Source: Myxococcota bacterium (GTDB lineage: Bacteria; Myxococcota_A; UBA9160; JAFDDA01). From it: DNA of 64,000 nucleotides. The position numbers and the translations under genes were made by a program. Below the pieces are notes generated by a model. The model saw only the letters and a list, made by a program, of their open reading frames with translations, had not been told where the DNA came from and ran no database searches. The stretch is taken from assembly GCA_965228475.1 (NCBI GenBank), contig OZ245817.1, forward strand, positions 3,392,001-3,456,000. Direction: 5' to 3'. Below are positions 30,901 to 40,746 of this stretch, piece after piece (position 1 is the first letter of the stretch; the number at the start of each line of letters is the position of its first letter).

Positions 30901-31093
30901 AGAGCTTCGTGGCCATCTTGCTCAGGAACCAGTTGTGGTCCCGGACCCGATAGCCGTCCCCGATCACGCGGATCTCTTCCGAGAGCGATCCGTGGAGCTG
31001 GAGCCGGCCGTTGAAGGCCTCGAGCGCCGGTGCGACCCCGGGCGTGGCGGCCAGCAGCGCTGCCGCCACGAGCAACGGTCGAACGAGACGCAT
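27980..31093 (-). CDS. Large DUF1302-like outer-membrane beta-barrel protein, paralog 2 (1037 aa)
   Basis: Signal peptide; ELKEAYLD, RLGKQITRWGKTE; C-terminal FFTLRKTF. Confidence 0.7.
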   Translation of the reverse strand: MRLVRPLLVAAALLAATPGVAPALEAFNGRLQLHGSLSEEIRVIGDGYRVRDHNWFLSKMATKLSLEFEAELFPDGIGPFDIVEAFARVDVQYDCVFEHACHMARQWNYFGDDARRAPENISNGRTRGVTGVLPNPLNPIVREQPSSRLASFADFDPFSTLLTLGSPEDIQRTFGDELLEAKFTSKHVKGSLHPLVSVLGPIDPGTHIDSTGSLAGVPVPDQKALPFRPATPSLFIPSAGLTRFIDDYDNPDVNFTENELAWNRGASQQQTKELKEAYLDIVMAEGRLQLRLGKQITRWGKTELFRSGTPDQLNPQDVAVSNLPSFEESLIALWQARAVYSFYDVGPFQDLRLELAVNLDNFEPADIGDCGEPYAVFLVCQKQYGLFAHGFSGLGIAGELRPPAFYESGTGFEFGARVEFRIGRFSIAITDFYGYDDFPTPDYFHEYDRNVDPNTGRPRISGATGACVTGNEPACLNVGNALAYHSGNRQLYDTTCSATQNLVIPGNLGNLLPITSCVISIFNNPDPIPGLGNVPAVLGQTLADGDFFNGSAACLVFCNILGKTFGGGDPSTATIPLHPGRNDAVQTGATSFTGFLSPEQQALLGCGPFYQTDCNVDGIDLFNLEASVLYQAFPQSEHGGIPLNGAIATRFIPGVGTIQLPGARSVFTYFSDPVGYRWDPTVDGCVVGLTNLGAYGAQVRADLISRGISAANADQCDDDPADGAGVGYLVPIPDGANPGNRINFDNAGPSYTVEQIRTLFPTEMAIVSENLVRLLAGISGLIDPDSGCSVAAPTRCEFLNGLFETSAVQRPEFRAGGNGRYGRRDMTWLAGSEIQLFYERRNVLGVSVDFTEDWSKTAWGMDFTWIEDAPYINQRADRGFSREDTLNLTISVDRPTFINFLNANRTIFFNAQLFLRYIPNYERRDTFEVDGPVAALATFTAFTGFWQDRLNAFLTLIHEVESNSGGQIFTVSYRFSESFSATVGLSTFYGSPRRSRVLERSPLTRFTCCDATQRSNYQGVSPLTERDELFFTLRKTF

Positions 31094-31184
31094 GCGCATC
31101 CTCCGCGCCGTGGTCAGGAGCTCCGGAACCCGGTCCAGCCTCGGTCGGCGCGATGGCTGGGCGGAGCAGCGATCGATCGAACTC

Positions 31185-34100
31185 CTAGAACGTCTTGCGC
31201 AGTCGGACGAAGGCTTCGTCACGGTCGCGGACCACGCCGAGCCCGCGCTCGCTGAAGTCCCGGTAGGCGCCGCTTCCCGTGTTGTTGCCCAGGCTGATCG
31301 GATTGATGGGCATGCGGGTCGACTGCCACTTCCCGTAGAAGAGCGCCATGCCGAACTCCACCGAGAAGCTCTCGCTGAAGCGGTAGCTGATGCTCGGCAG
31401 GATGCCGCCGGACTCCGACATGAAGTCGTAGATCACGGTGAGGCTCGGGTTGAGGCGGTCCTGATAGAAGCCCGAGAAGACCGTCAGCGTGGCCAGCACG
31501 TTGAACGGGCCGTTGCGCGGCATCGACTGCTCGAAGCCCTCGGTGTACTGGAAGAACCACTGGGAGTTGATGAAGAACGTCCGGTTCTGGTTCAGGAAGT
31601 TGATGAAGGTCGGCCGGTCGACCGAGACCGTCATGTTGAAGAAGTCCACTTCCTTCACGCCGTCGAGAGCGTCGTTGTCCGCGACGATGACGTTGTGGAA
31701 CCAGGTCGACTCCACCGACCAGTTGGTCTTCGTGATGTCCTCGGCGAAGTCCATCGAGAAGCCGAGCACGTTGCGCTTCTGGTGCTTCAGCCGGTTCGAC
31801 GTGCCGCCGTGCCACACGAAGTCCGAGCGGCCGAAGCGGCTGTTGCCGCCGGCCAGCGCCGAGTTCCGGCGCTGCCCGATGATCGAGAGGAACGCCGATA
31901 CGTTCGAGCAGAACTGCGGCGCGGCCCAGGAGCAGCGGTCGGCCGCCAGCGGCGCGCGCGGGTTGAACTCGGTGACGTCGAACTCGTCGGGGTTCAGGAC
32001 GGCCGTGCCCGGCGGGTCCACGACGTCGTTGTTCGCGCCGATCAGCGAGAACACGACGAGCAGCATCTGGAAGTTCCAGGAGAAGGCGTCCATGTAGCTG
32101 TACCAGCCTTCGCCCGTGAAGGGATGGCCGTTACAGAACCCGACGTCGCCCGCGATCGGGCAGTTGAAGATCGTCGCGGCCGGGAGGCCGCCGCGGTTCT
32201 CCGTGTGGGTCGGGATCTGGCGGTCCCCGTCGACCGCGAGCTGCCAGCCCGCCTCGACCGCACCCTCGGCGGCGCTGCCGGCCTTGCAGCCCGGCAGGAC
32301 CACGAGGCCCGAACCCTGGACGAAGCGCTGACACCAGAACCGGCCGTTGGCCGCGGCGTAGGGGATCGTTCCGGGCTGACCGGCACCGAGCGTCGTCGAC
32401 GGCGCGTTCGGCTGCGTGATCCACGCGGAGCTGATCGCGCTGGCCTCGGCGTTCAGGAGGTCGAGACCGTCGGCCTGGCAGGCCGTCCCGTAGAACGGAC
32501 CGCAGCCGATCAGGGCCTGCTGCTGGGGCGTCAGGTTGTCCAGGCCGTTGCTGTTGCCGACGGCGACGTCGAGGTCGACGATCGGGATGTTCTGGGCCGT
32601 GATGTTCGGGCAGTAGCCGAACGGGTCCGGGCCCGGGCAGGTCGTGCCGGGGAGCAGCAGCGCGAGAACCGCGGAGCCGGTGCCCAGGCCGATCTGGTCA
32701 CCGCCGAGCGCCAGGCTGATCGCCTGGGCCGGGGTGATCGTGGCGAGCAGGCGGTTCTGCGAGTTGAAGATGCTCTGGGCGCACACCGTCGGGTCGAGGT
32801 CCGCCGCGAAGGCGATGCTCGTGCTGCAGATGAAGGCGAACAGCTGCTGGTTGACCGAGTGCTTGGTCAGCGCTTCGGAGGCCAGCAGGCAGTCGGCCTC
32901 GGTGCCCGTCGTGCACTGGCCGCGCTGGTTGCGCTCCCGCGGGCGGCCCGTGAAGGGATCCACGTTGCGCTCGTAGCGGAAGAGCTGGTCGGCGAAGGGG
33001 AAGTCGTCGTAGCCGTAGAAGTTGGTCAGGGCGAAGGAGAAGGCGCCGTAGCGGAACTCCATGCGCGCGCCGAACTCGAGGCCCTTGATGTCCTCCCAGG
33101 GCGCCGGCGGCCGGGTCAAGCCCGCGAGGCCGAAGCCACTGATGCCGTGGGCGAACAGGCCTGCCCGGATGTTGCAGGCGGGGTTCGGCGTATAGGGCTC
33201 GCCGCACTGGCCGAGGTCCGCGCCCTGGTACGTGTCGATGTTCGCGGCGACCTCGAGGCGCACGTCCTCGAGAGGCCCGACCTGCCAGAGCGACCAGACG
33301 GCGCGCGCCGCCCAGAGCGAGATGCGCGACTCCTCGAGGGAGGGCAGCGTCGAGAGCGCGAGGTCCTGCGGGTTGAACTGGTCCGTGGTGCGGAAGAGCT
33401 CGGTCTTCCCCATCACGATGCTCTGCTTGCCGAGGCGCAGCCACAGCGAGCTGTCGAACAGCTCGATGTCGACGTAGGCCTCCTTCAGGAAGTGGGTCTG
33501 CTGCTGGCTCGCGCCGCGGTTCCACTTGAGCTCCGACTCCCGGAAGTTCTGGTCGAAGTTGTCGAAGTTGTCGTCCGCGATCTGCTGGGCGAGCGCGAAG
33601 TTCGGGTAGTAGATGCCCTGGGCGAACTGCTGCTCGGCGCCGTTCGGGCCGACGATCGGCGCGGGGCGGTAGGGCAGCGCGGCAGTGCCGAAGCACTTCG
33701 AGGAGTTCCACTGGTCCCGGGCCGGATCGACCGGCGCCGCCGGGCCGCCGCCGTCGGCGCGCTGGGGCGTATTGAACTCGGAGCACGGCGCGACCTGCCC
33801 GCGCTGGAAGCCGACCTCGTCGTCGAGGAAGTTGCCGCGCGAGATCAGCTGCGAGCTCGGGTTCGGGCCGCCCGGCAGGAGGTCGCCGTAGGTGACCTGC
33901 GGGAGGATCGGGTTCAGGTCGCCGCTGCGGAAGGGGTTCGGCTTGTCGCGCAGGGCGCCGGTGCCGTCCACGAAGTTCTTCGGCAGCCACGGGCCCAGGG
34001 TCTGGGTGCCGTTGCCGTTGACCGAGCCGCGCACCTTGCGGAGTCCGAACTTGTAGTCGTCGAAGCGCGAGAGCACGAACGGGGCCGGGTCGTCGAAGTC

Positions 34101-34721
34101 ACCGAGGATCGAGTTCGCGCCTTCCTGGCCGAACAGCGTGTCGATGCCGGGGACGTTGAAGATGCTCGCAGGCTTGCGGCGGCCGCCCGGGAAGAGGCCC
34201 GGCTGCTCGAGCCCGGCGGCCAGGTTGGCGGGGGTCGTCGGCGCCGGGATGCCGAACTTCGTGGGGAGGATGTCGCGCGAGATGCCATGCCGCTTGCGGA
34301 CGTGGCCTGTGAACTGGCTTCCGGTGAAGCCGCTGCGGCGCCCGTCGCTGTAGCGCTTGGGCAGCTTCTTCGCGCGGTCCCCGAAGGCGTTCGCCGACGG
34401 GAAGACGTAACAGGCGCGGTCGTAGACGCAGTCGAAGCGGGCTTCCACGCGGGCGTACGCGGAGATGATGTCGAAGGGGCCCCAGCCATCGGGGGCGATG
34501 TCGAGTTCCATTTCCAGGTTGAGCACCTGGTACCACTGGGTGAGATCGAAGTCGTCGGTCCCGTCGAAGTTGCGCGAGATCACGCGCGTCTGGTTCTCGT
34601 AGAACCCGTGGATCTGAAGCGGCCCGGCTTCGATGGCCTGCACGCTCGGCGCTGCAAGCAGCACACAAACTGCGACCCACGCCGACGCAAGGAAACGGCT
34701 CGAAATCTGCACCCCGCCCAT
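31185..34721 (-). CDS. Large DUF1302-like outer-membrane beta-barrel protein, paralog 1 (1178 aa)
   Basis: Signal peptide ..PSVQA; LKEAYVD, RLGKQ..GKTE, DQFNPQD; C-terminal FVRLRKTF; GGAGG RBS. Confidence 0.7.
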   Translation of the reverse strand: MGGVQISSRFLASAWVAVCVLLAAPSVQAIEAGPLQIHGFYENQTRVISRNFDGTDDFDLTQWYQVLNLEMELDIAPDGWGPFDIISAYARVEARFDCVYDRACYVFPSANAFGDRAKKLPKRYSDGRRSGFTGSQFTGHVRKRHGISRDILPTKFGIPAPTTPANLAAGLEQPGLFPGGRRKPASIFNVPGIDTLFGQEGANSILGDFDDPAPFVLSRFDDYKFGLRKVRGSVNGNGTQTLGPWLPKNFVDGTGALRDKPNPFRSGDLNPILPQVTYGDLLPGGPNPSSQLISRGNFLDDEVGFQRGQVAPCSEFNTPQRADGGGPAAPVDPARDQWNSSKCFGTAALPYRPAPIVGPNGAEQQFAQGIYYPNFALAQQIADDNFDNFDQNFRESELKWNRGASQQQTHFLKEAYVDIELFDSSLWLRLGKQSIVMGKTELFRTTDQFNPQDLALSTLPSLEESRISLWAARAVWSLWQVGPLEDVRLEVAANIDTYQGADLGQCGEPYTPNPACNIRAGLFAHGISGFGLAGLTRPPAPWEDIKGLEFGARMEFRYGAFSFALTNFYGYDDFPFADQLFRYERNVDPFTGRPRERNQRGQCTTGTEADCLLASEALTKHSVNQQLFAFICSTSIAFAADLDPTVCAQSIFNSQNRLLATITPAQAISLALGGDQIGLGTGSAVLALLLPGTTCPGPDPFGYCPNITAQNIPIVDLDVAVGNSNGLDNLTPQQQALIGCGPFYGTACQADGLDLLNAEASAISSAWITQPNAPSTTLGAGQPGTIPYAAANGRFWCQRFVQGSGLVVLPGCKAGSAAEGAVEAGWQLAVDGDRQIPTHTENRGGLPAATIFNCPIAGDVGFCNGHPFTGEGWYSYMDAFSWNFQMLLVVFSLIGANNDVVDPPGTAVLNPDEFDVTEFNPRAPLAADRCSWAAPQFCSNVSAFLSIIGQRRNSALAGGNSRFGRSDFVWHGGTSNRLKHQKRNVLGFSMDFAEDITKTNWSVESTWFHNVIVADNDALDGVKEVDFFNMTVSVDRPTFINFLNQNRTFFINSQWFFQYTEGFEQSMPRNGPFNVLATLTVFSGFYQDRLNPSLTVIYDFMSESGGILPSISYRFSESFSVEFGMALFYGKWQSTRMPINPISLGNNTGSGAYRDFSERGLGVVRDRDEAFVRLRKTF

Positions 34722-34788
34722 GAAACCCTCCAGCAGACGGCCCGGGTTCGACCCGGCGCCCGTCGCGCGCCCCAGTAACGACACCGCC

Positions 34789-34820
34789 CTTATATGATGA
34801 AACGTTGCGTGATTACAACG
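34789..34820 (-). promoter_or_regulatory. Possible sigma70-type promoter of the DUF1302 cluster, with inverted repeat over -35
   Basis: Minus strand TTGTAA-18nt-TATAAG in an AT-rich patch; CGTTG..CAACG dyad at 34803-34820. Confidence 0.4.
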
Positions 34821-35023
34821 GATTCTTGCGAGCGGACGATGTGGTGTAGGGGGGGTTCGGGCCCAGCGGTCCGAAACGCGGCGAACGACGCAGCGCGCGG
34901 CGCACTGCGTCATTCGCGGATCGGCGTCGCGGAATCCGGGCGAAGGCCCCGGATCCGGCTCGACGGACGACGCTGGAGTTCAGGTTTGGCGGGGGCTTGG
35001 CGCCGTCGGGGGCGCGCTTTCGG

Positions 35024-37897
35024 CTAGTCGTCGTTCTCGGGCGCCGACTTCCGGGCGGCGGCCTTCTTGGTCGTCTTCTTGGCGGCCGCCTTCTTCTTCG
35101 TGGCCTTCTTGGTCGTCTTCTTCTTGGCCGTTTTTTTCTTGGCGGTCTTCTTCTTCGCGGCCTTCTTCTTCCCGGAGGCGCGGGCGGCCTTGCGGCGGGG
35201 CTCGGCGCCCTCCGCCTTGGCGGGCGTCTTGCCCTTCTTCTTCTTGCCCTCCCCCCGCGGCTGGAACTCGAAGCCGTGGCGGCCGGTGTCCTTGAGCACG
35301 AGCGTCGCCGAGAACGGCCGCCCGAAGCGCGAGGTGAAGTCGGTCAGGAGCTCGGTGCGGCGGTTCGCCAGGTAGTGGAGCGCCTCGTCCCGGGTGATTT
35401 CACGCTTGCAGACCGTCCGCGGCAGGATGTAGCCGCAGGCCTTCTCGACCTTCTTCCGCCGCTTCTTCTTGACCGTCTTGCCTTCCTTGGCCGCGGCCTC
35501 GACCTCGGCGGCGAAGGCCTCTTCCTCGGCCTTGGCGATCTTCGCGAGCTCCTCTTCCTGCTTGAGCCGCGCCTCGCACTCGAAGGTCGTCGCGGTCTCG
35601 ACGATCGGGTGGTCCTCGCACATCGGGCACTGGCCGAGGGGCTCGGTATCGACGTCGTATTCGGGCGTCGCGCTCTCGCCTTCCTCGTTCCAGCCGACCG
35701 AGCGGACCTTCACCTTCCACTCGTCGCGGTCGAGCTCGAGCACGCCCTTGTAGGTGCGCCCGTTGCGCGCGGTGAAGCCGTCGAGGACGGGCGTCTCGCC
35801 GTGCTCGATCAAGGCCTTCACGGCGCCGCGATCCATGTAGCGGCCCGAGGTGTCCTTCCAGAAGATGACGGGCGGGTTCTCGTCGTCGTTCTCGCCCTCG
35901 GCCTTGTAGAACCAGGAGTGCTCGAAGACGGGCTTGCCGTTGCGCGGGTCCTTGCCGAGCGGCTCCTCGTCCCGGTAGAGCTCGTCGTACTCGAAGTGCT
36001 TGGCCACCTCGACGATCCCGCGCGCGTAGTCCTTGATGTCCTCGATGAACTTCTCGCCCGTGCGCTCGCCCTTCTCCACTTCGCGGAGCTGGAACTCGAG
36101 CTCACCGGTCAGGGCCGGCGAGGCGATGCGGTCGATGTCGGCGGCGTGGGCGCGCCCGGCCTCGGTCTTCGCCATGCGCACGAGGCTGTCGATCAGGCGC
36201 ATGCCTTTCACCGTCGGGCGAAGCGACTTCCCGAGCCGGACGGCGTAGCCCTTGGCGATCAGGTTCTCGATCACCTCGGCGCGCGTCGCCGGAGTACCGA
36301 TGCCCTTCTCGTGCAGCGCCGCGGAGAGTTCCTCGTCCTCGATCTGCTTGCCGGCGTTCTCCATGAGCGAGAGCAGGCGCGCTTCCGAGATGCGCGGGGG
36401 CGGCTTGGTCTCTTCCTCGCTCGATTCGACGCCGAGCGCCTCGACGGCGACGCCGCTCGCCTCGGTCTCGCCGCTGCGCAGGGCCGGCAGCGTCTCGGCT
36501 TCGTCGTCGCTCCCCGCCGGCAGGATCGCGCGCCAGCCGGGCGTGCGGAGCACGCGCGCCCGCGAGCGGAAGCTCTCCCCCGCGACCTCGGTGGTGCGCT
36601 CGACGCGCTCCCAGATCGCGACGGGGTGGAAGGTCGCGAGGAAGCGCCGGGTCACGAGGTCGTAGAGGCGGCGGTCGTCGCCGGAGAGCTCGCCCGAGGG
36701 CAGCGTTCCGGTCGGGATGATCGCGAAGTGGTCGGAGACGCCCTTGTCGTCGAAGGTGCGCTTCTCGTTCTCGAGCCCGTTGTCGATCAGGTTCTTCGCG
36801 GCGGTGGCGTACTCCGCGAGCGGCAGCGGCGCACTCCCCTTCCCTTCCGCGAAGCTCGCGAGGATGCCGTCGACGGTCTCGCGGTAGTCGTTCGGCAGGC
36901 AGCGGGAGTCGGTCCGCGGGTAGGTCAGGATCTTGTGACCCTCGTAGCAGCGCTGGGCGGCCGAGAGCGCCCGGCGCGCCGACCAGCCGAAGCGGCGGTT
37001 CGCTTCGCGCTGGAGGCTCGTCAGGTCAAACAGCGGCGGTGCACTCTCGCGCGAGGGCTTGCGCGTCTCGCTCGCCTCGGCGGGCTGGCCCGTCGTGGCC
37101 TCGACGATCGCGCGCGCGCGCTGCTCGTCGAAGATGCGGTCTTCCTTGGCGTGCTCGTCGTCGCCCGCCTTGAAGTTCGGATCGAACCACGTGCCGAGGT
37201 ATTCGTTGCTCTCGTGGGAGAAGCGCGCCTCGACCTTCCAGAAGGGCTTCGGGACGTGGGCCAGGACCTCGTGCTCGCGCGCCACGAGCAGCGCGAGCGT
37301 CGGCGTCTGCACGCGGCCGGCCGACCACGCGCCCGCCTCGCGCCGGCTCTTGAAACGCTTGGTGATGGCGCGCGTCGCGTTCATGCCGATCAGCCAGTCC
37401 GCGACGGAACGGCACTCGGCGGCGGCGGCAAGGCCTTCGAGCTCCTCGCCCGGCCGGAGGTTCTCGAAGCCGTTCTTGATGGCATCCCGCGTCATGGACT
37501 GGAGCCAGAGCCGCTTCACGGGCTTGTCGGACTCGAAGTACTTCAGGATCTCGCGGAAGATGAGCTCACCCTCGCGCCCGGCGTCGCAGGCGTTCACGAC
37601 GGCGTCGATGTCCTTGCGCTGGAGGAGCTTCTTGATCACGCGGATGCGCTCGCTCTGGCGCGCCTTCGGCTTCAGGGGAACCGTCTCGGGCACGATCGGG
37701 AGCACGTCGAGGGTCCAGCGCTTGAAGACCGGGTCGACCTCCTCGGGGCCGAGCAGCTCGAACAGGTGGCCGACCGCGAAGGTCAGGACGCGGTCGTCGC
37801 TCTCCCAATATCCATCGTGCTCTTCGAAGCCGCCGAGGGCCGCGGCGATGTCGCGCGCGACGCTCGGTTTCTCCGTGATGATGAGGTCCTTGCCCAC
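35024..37897 (-). CDS. topB: DNA topoisomerase III (type IA) with C-terminal repeats and Lys/Ala-rich tail
   Basis: ITEKPSVA, NACDAGREGELIF, SAGRVQTPTL, catalytic LTYPRTD, GIGTPATRA. Confidence 0.88.
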   Translation of the reverse strand: MGKDLIITEKPSVARDIAAALGGFEEHDGYWESDDRVLTFAVGHLFELLGPEEVDPVFKRWTLDVLPIVPETVPLKPKARQSERIRVIKKLLQRKDIDAVVNACDAGREGELIFREILKYFESDKPVKRLWLQSMTRDAIKNGFENLRPGEELEGLAAAAECRSVADWLIGMNATRAITKRFKSRREAGAWSAGRVQTPTLALLVAREHEVLAHVPKPFWKVEARFSHESNEYLGTWFDPNFKAGDDEHAKEDRIFDEQRARAIVEATTGQPAEASETRKPSRESAPPLFDLTSLQREANRRFGWSARRALSAAQRCYEGHKILTYPRTDSRCLPNDYRETVDGILASFAEGKGSAPLPLAEYATAAKNLIDNGLENEKRTFDDKGVSDHFAIIPTGTLPSGELSGDDRRLYDLVTRRFLATFHPVAIWERVERTTEVAGESFRSRARVLRTPGWRAILPAGSDDEAETLPALRSGETEASGVAVEALGVESSEEETKPPPRISEARLLSLMENAGKQIEDEELSAALHEKGIGTPATRAEVIENLIAKGYAVRLGKSLRPTVKGMRLIDSLVRMAKTEAGRAHAADIDRIASPALTGELEFQLREVEKGERTGEKFIEDIKDYARGIVEVAKHFEYDELYRDEEPLGKDPRNGKPVFEHSWFYKAEGENDDENPPVIFWKDTSGRYMDRGAVKALIEHGETPVLDGFTARNGRTYKGVLELDRDEWKVKVRSVGWNEEGESATPEYDVDTEPLGQCPMCEDHPIVETATTFECEARLKQEEELAKIAKAEEEAFAAEVEAAAKEGKTVKKKRRKKVEKACGYILPRTVCKREITRDEALHYLANRRTELLTDFTSRFGRPFSATLVLKDTGRHGFEFQPRGEGKKKKGKTPAKAEGAEPRRKAARASGKKKAAKKKTAKKKTAKKKTTKKATKKKAAAKKTTKKAAARKSAPENDD

Positions 37898-38078
37898 GAA
37901 GCTCTCTCCCCCCTCGGTCGAGTCGTGATGGGGCGCACGGGTAGCCCGGCATTTCGAACCCATCAAATGGGTTGTTTTACACACGCCTCTCGGGGCCCCG
38001 GCGAGCGCCCCGTCCGCAACGCGTCGGATGTGGGCCCGCGAACTTGAGCCCGGCCCGCCCACCGGTTGAGCTCCTTGA

Positions 38079-39227
<1,149 letters not shown>

Positions 39228-39288
39228 TCCCGAGCGCCCCCTGACCCGGGGGACGTTCCTGCCTAGCTGACGAGACGGACGTTCCTGC

Positions 39289-40641
39289 CTAGGGCGCGAG
39301 CGGTGCCGGGTCGCCCTGGGGCACGAGGCTCTCGGGGACCGGCATGATGTTCCAGGTCAGGTACGCGCTCGGGTGCTCCTTGCGGTAGATCACTTCCTTC
39401 TCGAAGCGGCCGTTCTCCCACGCGTAGCGCCGCAGCTCGCCGTCCTGATCGCTCGCGACGTAGAGCTCGTCGCGCCCGTCGCCGTCGAGGTCGGTCAGGG
39501 TCGAGGCGTGCTCGAAGCCGCCGGACTGCCGGTCGATCTGGGTGCGCGTCCAGGAGCCGTTCGGGTCGTCGCCGGGCCGCAGGAGCCACAGCCCGCTGCG
39601 GAAGGAGGCCACGACCATCTCCTTCGTGCCGTCGCCGTCGACGTCGCCCACGGTGATGAAGCGGCAGAGCCGGTCCTGGAGCGTCGCGACGACGGCGCCG
39701 GCCGCCGGGTCCGTGCCGGCCTCGTAGCGGCGGATCTCCACCGGGTGGACGAGCCGGGTCGAGGCGCCCTTCCCTTCCGCGTGGCCCTCGACGGCGACGT
39801 ACAGTTCGTCGGTGCCGTCGCCGTCGACGTCGCCGACGTAGATCTCCTTGGCGTGGCGGTCGCCTAGGTCGGCGGCCACCGTGCCTTCGATCGGCTCGCC
39901 GGGAGCCCCCGGCACGTAGCGCTTCACCTGGCCGCGCTGGACGCTGCCGTCGAGCCGGTTCGGCTCGCTCGGCGTCGAGTAGATCTCGAGCTGGCCGTCG
40001 CCGTCGACGTCGCCGATCTCGATCTCGTGGACGAAGGTGTCGGCCTCCGCGTCGATGCGCTCGACGTCCCAGCCGCCTTCGGCCTTCGGCGAGACGATCG
40101 CCACGACGCCCTGGTCGTGGGTGGCGACCGCGATCTCGGGCCGGCCCGAGCCGTGGAGGTCGGCGATCTCCGCGTCGCGCATGCGGTTGAACTTGCCGCC
40201 GAACTCGGCCTCCCAGAGGTTCTCGGCGATCCACTGGTTGTTGCCGGTGCCGGGCTCCCAGAGCTTCAGGAACGCGCCGGAACCGCCCAGGGTGAGGATC
40301 CCGGTGCGGCCGTTCGGCGGCGTGTAGACCATGGCCTTGTGGTAGACGTTCGAGTCCTTGTCCTCGAGGGTCGACATCTGCCAGACGCCGTCGCGCTGGG
40401 CCAGGAACTCGAGCAGCGCGGGGCCGGGCTTGGGCAGGACCTTCCCCTCCGGGCTCACCTCGAACTGCGAGAGCGCGACGAGCAGGCCGTTCGGCAGGGT
40501 CGGCCCGGCCGGGGCCGCCGGCTCGCTCTCGCCGCCGCCGCAGCCGCCCAGCACGAGGGCGGCCGCGCACAGGGCGCCTCCGAGTTGCCGCGCCCGCGCG
40601 GCCTTCGCTCCGTGGCTTCCGATCGACTCCGTACCCTGCAT
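39289..40641 (-). CDS. FG-GAP/VCBS-repeat lipoprotein (beta-propeller)
   Basis: Lipobox LGGC; four D(V/L)DGDG Ca-binding repeats. Confidence 0.75.
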   Translation of the reverse strand: MQGTESIGSHGAKAARARQLGGALCAAALVLGGCGGGESEPAAPAGPTLPNGLLVALSQFEVSPEGKVLPKPGPALLEFLAQRDGVWQMSTLEDKDSNVYHKAMVYTPPNGRTGILTLGGSGAFLKLWEPGTGNNQWIAENLWEAEFGGKFNRMRDAEIADLHGSGRPEIAVATHDQGVVAIVSPKAEGGWDVERIDAEADTFVHEIEIGDVDGDGQLEIYSTPSEPNRLDGSVQRGQVKRYVPGAPGEPIEGTVAADLGDRHAKEIYVGDVDGDGTDELYVAVEGHAEGKGASTRLVHPVEIRRYEAGTDPAAGAVVATLQDRLCRFITVGDVDGDGTKEMVVASFRSGLWLLRPGDDPNGSWTRTQIDRQSGGFEHASTLTDLDGDGRDELYVASDQDGELRRYAWENGRFEKEVIYRKEHPSAYLTWNIMPVPESLVPQGDPAPLAP

Positions 40642-40746
40642 GCTCGTGCCCCTCTCGATCCGGGGGCGTGCCCCCTTTGAACCGGTGTCTTGTAGCAACT
40701 GGCGGAGCGCCGCGCCGCGCGCCGGGGCCGTGCCTGCGCTAATTCC

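Noticed and set aside
35040..35250. Low-complexity CTT/GGC tandem repeats
   Set aside because: They encode the Lys/Ala tail of TopB and are not an independent repeat array
24909..38047. Very long plus-strand ORFs (about 1000-1250 aa) opposite the DUF1302-like genes and topB, and similar shadows elsewhere
   Set aside because: Antisense shadows expected from GC-rich codon usage; no motifs; fully overlap well-supported genes
39440..40160. Repeated GCCGTCGCCGTCGACGTCGCC DNA units
   Set aside because: Explained by encoded DVDGDG FG-GAP protein repeats
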